Shown piece by piece: positions 58,499 through 64,000 of a stretch of 64,000 nt of DNA. The DNA comes from the human T2T-CHM13v2.0 reference genome, Homo sapiens: assembly GCF_009914755.1 (NCBI RefSeq), contig NC_060925.1; one strand, given 5' to 3'. Numbering within the stretch: the first letter of the stretch is position 1; each line of letters begins with the position of its first letter. The translations under genes and the position numbers were made by a program. Below the pieces are notes generated by a model that made no database searches, was not told the origin of the DNA, and saw only the letters and a list, made by a program, of their open reading frames with translations.

Positions 58499-58679
58499 TA
58501 ATGGTGAATTTTAAACAAGCCATGAAAAATTAAATAGCTTCTCTTTTAATGTTATATGGGGAAATTGACATACTTAACATAATTAAAAAACATATTTTTC
58601 AACTTGTATAAATTTATTCATAAGTCAATCTAAAATTACAAGTCAATTTTTTTGTGTGAGATGGTAGCTCTCTTTGCCT

Positions 58680-59470
58680 GTATATGTTTTATAATATTTT
58701 CTGTACTTTCCATCCCTTTTGATGTCTGTACTTTGGTGGAATTTACTACTGATCTATCTTCAATCTCTCTTATTTTCTTTTCAGCAGTATCTGATGTCCT
58801 GTTAAGCTCACTTATGAAGTTATACATTGCAATTGCATATTTTTTTCAGTTCTAGATTTATAGCTTTTTTTCTTTTCACAGTTCAGTTTCAGATTTCAGA
58901 TCAAATGGTCCATTCTTATCTATTCTTTTGAAAATATTAATTAGAATTATTTTAAAATCCAATTTAGATAATTCTAATATAGAGGTCACTAGGGTTGTAA
59001 TTATATTGGTATGTTTTATTTTTCAGTAGTGCTGTTTCTTGATGTTCTCTTTCTTTTTTTGTTTTTTTGGTTTTTTTTTGTTTAATATGGGATCTCATGT
59101 TTGAAAACGTATAGCAGTTTTGGATGATATCATCATTCCTCAAAGACAATTCACCCTATCCTCAGTCAATATGAAGATAAAACATGTCTCCCCTTTACCT
59201 GTGGTTGACATCACATTCTCCAGCAGTATTTATGTCTTCCTCTGGTCTCAGTTTCCACCAAATAGCTGCTTCCTCCATGATTTCTGTTCCTGCTGGGAAT
59301 CTAAACTTCAATGTTTTCAGTTCTCACTAGGCTCCTGTCTTCTTAAAATCAGCCCCTTTCTCTATCGCCCCAGTCCCAGAAGTGGTAGAACCTGCTTGCT
59401 ATGGCTAATCTTAGGGTTGCCTTACTTCTTCAGTTTTCTGTTTCTATTATTTTATTACACTATTTTAAAA
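58680..59470 (-). mobile_element. Ancient L1 (L1ME-type) ORF1 / 5' relic
   Basis: CTGATCTATCTTCAATCTCTCTTATTTTCTTTTCAGCAGTATCTGATGTCCTGTTAAGC. Translation FISELNRTSDTAEKKIREIEDRSV resembles the ORF1 coiled coil. Confidence 0.65.
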
Positions 59471-59477
59471 GTTCTTC

Positions 59478-60052
59478 TGTAGATTCTCATCAGACAGCTA
59501 CTACCAGGAACATACATTTAGTCAAATTTGGGTTCTTTGCCACAACCAGGGAGAGCACACACAAAGGGAAGCATTAGATATCTCAAAAAGATGGTGATAA
59601 TGGAATAGAATGGATCTTATGAATAGAATGGATTCTTCATAAGATCTGAGCTTGTGTTCGGTGATTTGGGTAAGAATTCAAGGAAATAGCTTTTGTTTAT
59701 TTCTTTGTTTTTGCTCTGGAATGAGTGCTATCAAAAGTGTGGTTAGTTATATTCTTTGTTACCTTAGTAATTTTTATTTAGGTTGTGCACAGAACAGAGC
59801 AGATTTAAAGTTGTAACTGTGAAAAAGTAGCAGCCAGTAGTGTTTGCTGGGAGAGTGGTTTGGTGGTCATTTTCTTGTACAGTGTTTTTGTTTTTGTCTG
59901 TGTTAAGACAGGTTTGCAAAGTGATTTTGTTTTTGTCTCTCTCAATTCAATTCATTTTGCACAGGTATTATTTGAAATTGTTCATGTTCAGTAGGAACAT
60001 ATAACGGTCAACTCCCAGCTGTCAGATGAAGAAGTTGTTCTTTTCTTTCTCA
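59478..60052 (-). mobile_element. Old solo LTR, ERV1-type (same group as 38348-38948)
   Basis: TG...CA bounded, minus-strand start TGAGAAAGAAAAG, motifs colinear with the 38.3 kb copy. Confidence 0.55.
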
Positions 60053-60479
60053 ACTCTATTACAATGTCTGTTGTGGGTTTTCTTTCACAGATGAAACTCT
60101 GACTGAAATAGTAGGTTCATCAATACTTCTACTTATAAAAATAAATGTTACTTTATAATATATACCTTTCTCTTGACCTATTCTATTCATTTTTAAACCA
60201 TGTCATTACATTAGGATAGTGAAAATTATAAAACTGAGAGGAAGGTAAAAAGTCATATTTTAGCTAATTAGTAATGTTTAAGATGTTATATTAGATTAAA
60301 AGTAGAATATATGACAGTTTTTTTACTTGATTTGATGATGATAATTTAATTTTCCAGAATCTACTTCAGGATAGGAACAATAGCAAAATATTTCTAGGCA
60401 CAAATCTGAGTAGCAGGGACGAATGTATGAAAGTGGTAAGATGTTTTAAGAAGTCACTGGGTTGCCTTGGAGTTTATGA

Positions 60480-61745
<1,266 letters not shown>

Positions 61746-61829
61746 AAAACACACATTTAGTAAAATGTCATTTAATAGTAATCAATGAGTAGTAAAATGG
61801 GAATTGCAACCACAAGGATTAACTAGAGG

Positions 61830-61935
61830 GTTTCCATTAATAAACTATGTGATGTTAGGCAGATTATTTAACCTCTGAGTGCTTCAATATCTTTTATATG
61901 AAATATGCAAATCAATTATAGCTGTCACAAAATGC
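61830..61935 (+). mobile_element. MIR core fragment
   Basis: AACTATGTGATGTTAGGCAGATTATTTAACCTCTGAGTGCTTCAAT. Confidence 0.6.
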
Positions 61936-62354
61936 AAACATATATACAGGGAGCATTTCTGAAAGAAATGTTTAAATATTTAAACAAACAGTCACCGAAT
62001 CAAAAACTTGAAATTTGCATCTGTAATTTTCATCTTGGGATATAAATAACATTTGTAAAGTACTCATTAGGCTATATGATTTATTTATATTGCCTTCTAA
62101 AATCTAGTTGTTATTAATACCATATTATGGATGTGGAAACTTAAGCTTAAATTGCTAAGTTTATTCTATTCCTTAGTCATTCAATCAGTATTTATTGAGT
62201 ACCTACTTGGTGCTAGAAAACTTCCTAGGGAACATGTATAATTGGAAATAGGTTAGTAATACAAGGAATCACGAGTAATTTATGGGCTCAAATCAAGCTC
62301 ACATGGGTATTACTTCAAAGTTTTATACCTCAGTCTGGCCTCAATAGCAGATGA

Positions 62355-62710
<356 letters not shown>

Positions 62711-62779
62711 AGTAGAGATTTTTTTAAAGCAATGTTTCTTCAATTTTCAGTGTTCTTTGAAGTGACTTGAATATTCCCT

Positions 62780-63300
62780 CTTCTATGCTTCTAACTGCCA
62801 ACACCCTAAGCTCTCATTGCTTTGTACTTGGATAAGGCAGTGACTGCCGGATGGGCACTCTTTCTTATCTTCACTTTACAGTTCATCCTGAATTGCAAAT
62901 CCTGAAGGCACATTTCAGTATGCCATTCCTGTGCTCCAGGCTGCTCCATAGCTTTTTATTTCACAGCAGGTATTCCAAATGTCTCATCCTAAAATTCAAG
63001 GCTTTTCATTATGTTAGTCTCTCAAAGCCTAGCACTTAAACCTAGAATGTATGTCCCTTTTTTTCCATTGAGGCAGAGCCCCTTCTTATCCACTATTTCC
63101 CCTCTATTTTAATTTCCTCCACTGCTAATTGCATTTCCGGGAGAAATGTTCCTTTCTTCTATTTGCCTAACCAAGTTGTATACCAATACTCTAGTTCCTA
63201 TGAAGTCATACCTCTATTATGAAGTTTTTTTTAAAAAACTTCAAATCAGAATGCTCCTTCTTACTTACCAAATCATAGAATTTTAGAACTAAAAGTAGTT
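62780..63300 (+). mobile_element. L2 relic
   Basis: CTAAGCTCTCATTGC..CTTGGAT, TGCCATTCCTGTGCTC, TCCTAAAATTCAAGGCTTTTCAT. Confidence 0.5.
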
Positions 63301-63624
63301 GTTGAATTTTTATCCTACTGCTTAATTTTTAAATGTGAAAATCAAGGACTGGAGCGACTGTGATTAGCTACCTACTTTTTAAAACACGACTATTATATAT
63401 CAGTAAAGTAATTTTCTAAATAAATAATAATTCTCAAGTTTTCATATTTCCAGTTCAGGGATTTTTTTAATACTGTCTTTTCGTATCCATTGGTTTTATT
63501 ATGTTATATTGGTCTGTAATTATTGCAATGTTGTTAGATTTGTTTTCCCTCTAAAGGCTTTGAAAACTACTGGAAAACTGGTATAACAGCATATGCATTC
63601 CTTAAATATGCATTCCTGCATATG

Positions 63625-63841
63625 CAGTAGTGTCCAGTCTTTGGGCTTCCCTGGGTCACATTGGAAGAAAAATTGTCTTGGGCCACACATAGAATACACT
63701 AATACAAATGATAGCTGATGAGCTAAAAAAATGCAAAAGAATCTCATAATATTTTAAGAAAGTTTATGAATTTGTGTTGGGCCACATTCAAAGCCATCCT
63801 AGGCTGTAAGTAAACCACAGGCTGGCGGTTGGGCAAGCTTT
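63625..63841 (+). mobile_element. MER30 hAT DNA transposon (second copy)
   Basis: CAGTAGTGTCCAGTCTTTGGGCTTCCCTGGGTCACATTGGAAG ... GGGCAAGCTT, colinear with 6283-6494. TSD not preserved. Confidence 0.92.
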
Positions 63842-63867
63842 AAAGTGTCTATTTAAATACAGTGCCT

Positions 63868-64000
63868 TGATTTTTTATTCTATTATTTTCTAAATTTTTA
63901 AATTTGTTTTGGTACATAGTAGGAGTATATACTTATGAGGGTATATGAGATGTTTTGATACAGGCATGCAAAGCATAATAATCACATCATGGAAACTTGG
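63868..64000 (-). mobile_element. L1MA1/2-like 3' end (runs off the window)
   Basis: GGTACATAGTAGGAGTATATACTTATGAGGGTATATGAGATGTTTTGATACAGGCATGCAA. Confidence 0.85.

Overview
AT-rich primate (human-like) nuclear DNA with no recognisable intact protein-coding gene, dominated by interspersed repeats. These are 8 Alus, about ten L1 elements or fragments (nearly all on the minus strand), L2/MIR relics, a complete THE1 (ERVL-MaLR) provirus, several solo LTRs and MER30/MER58 DNA-transposon relics. The only long ORF (14051-16504) is the RT-to-C-terminal part of L1 ORF2 in a 5'-truncated young L1PA. The main observation is invisible in the ORF track. Inside a full-length L1MA sits a TSD-bounded insertion (43575-50304, minus strand). 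It consists of a spliced KRAB zinc-finger mRNA 5' end (leader, 127-nt KRAB-A exon, 95-nt KRAB-B exon), joined exactly at the KRAB-B exon end to an antisense old-L1 piece and then to a near full-length L1PA14/15-like element lacking its distal 5' UTR. This is a fossil KRAB-ZNF/L1 chimeric retrotransposition, either a spliced 5' transduction or a template switch. Other notable items are an Alu with an apparent 52-nt 3' transduction, an old twin-primed L1, a local inverted duplication at an L1 deletion junction, and one candidate 96-nt exon. Repeat subfamily names come from remembered consensus sequences, not a database search. Boundaries of old elements are approximate.
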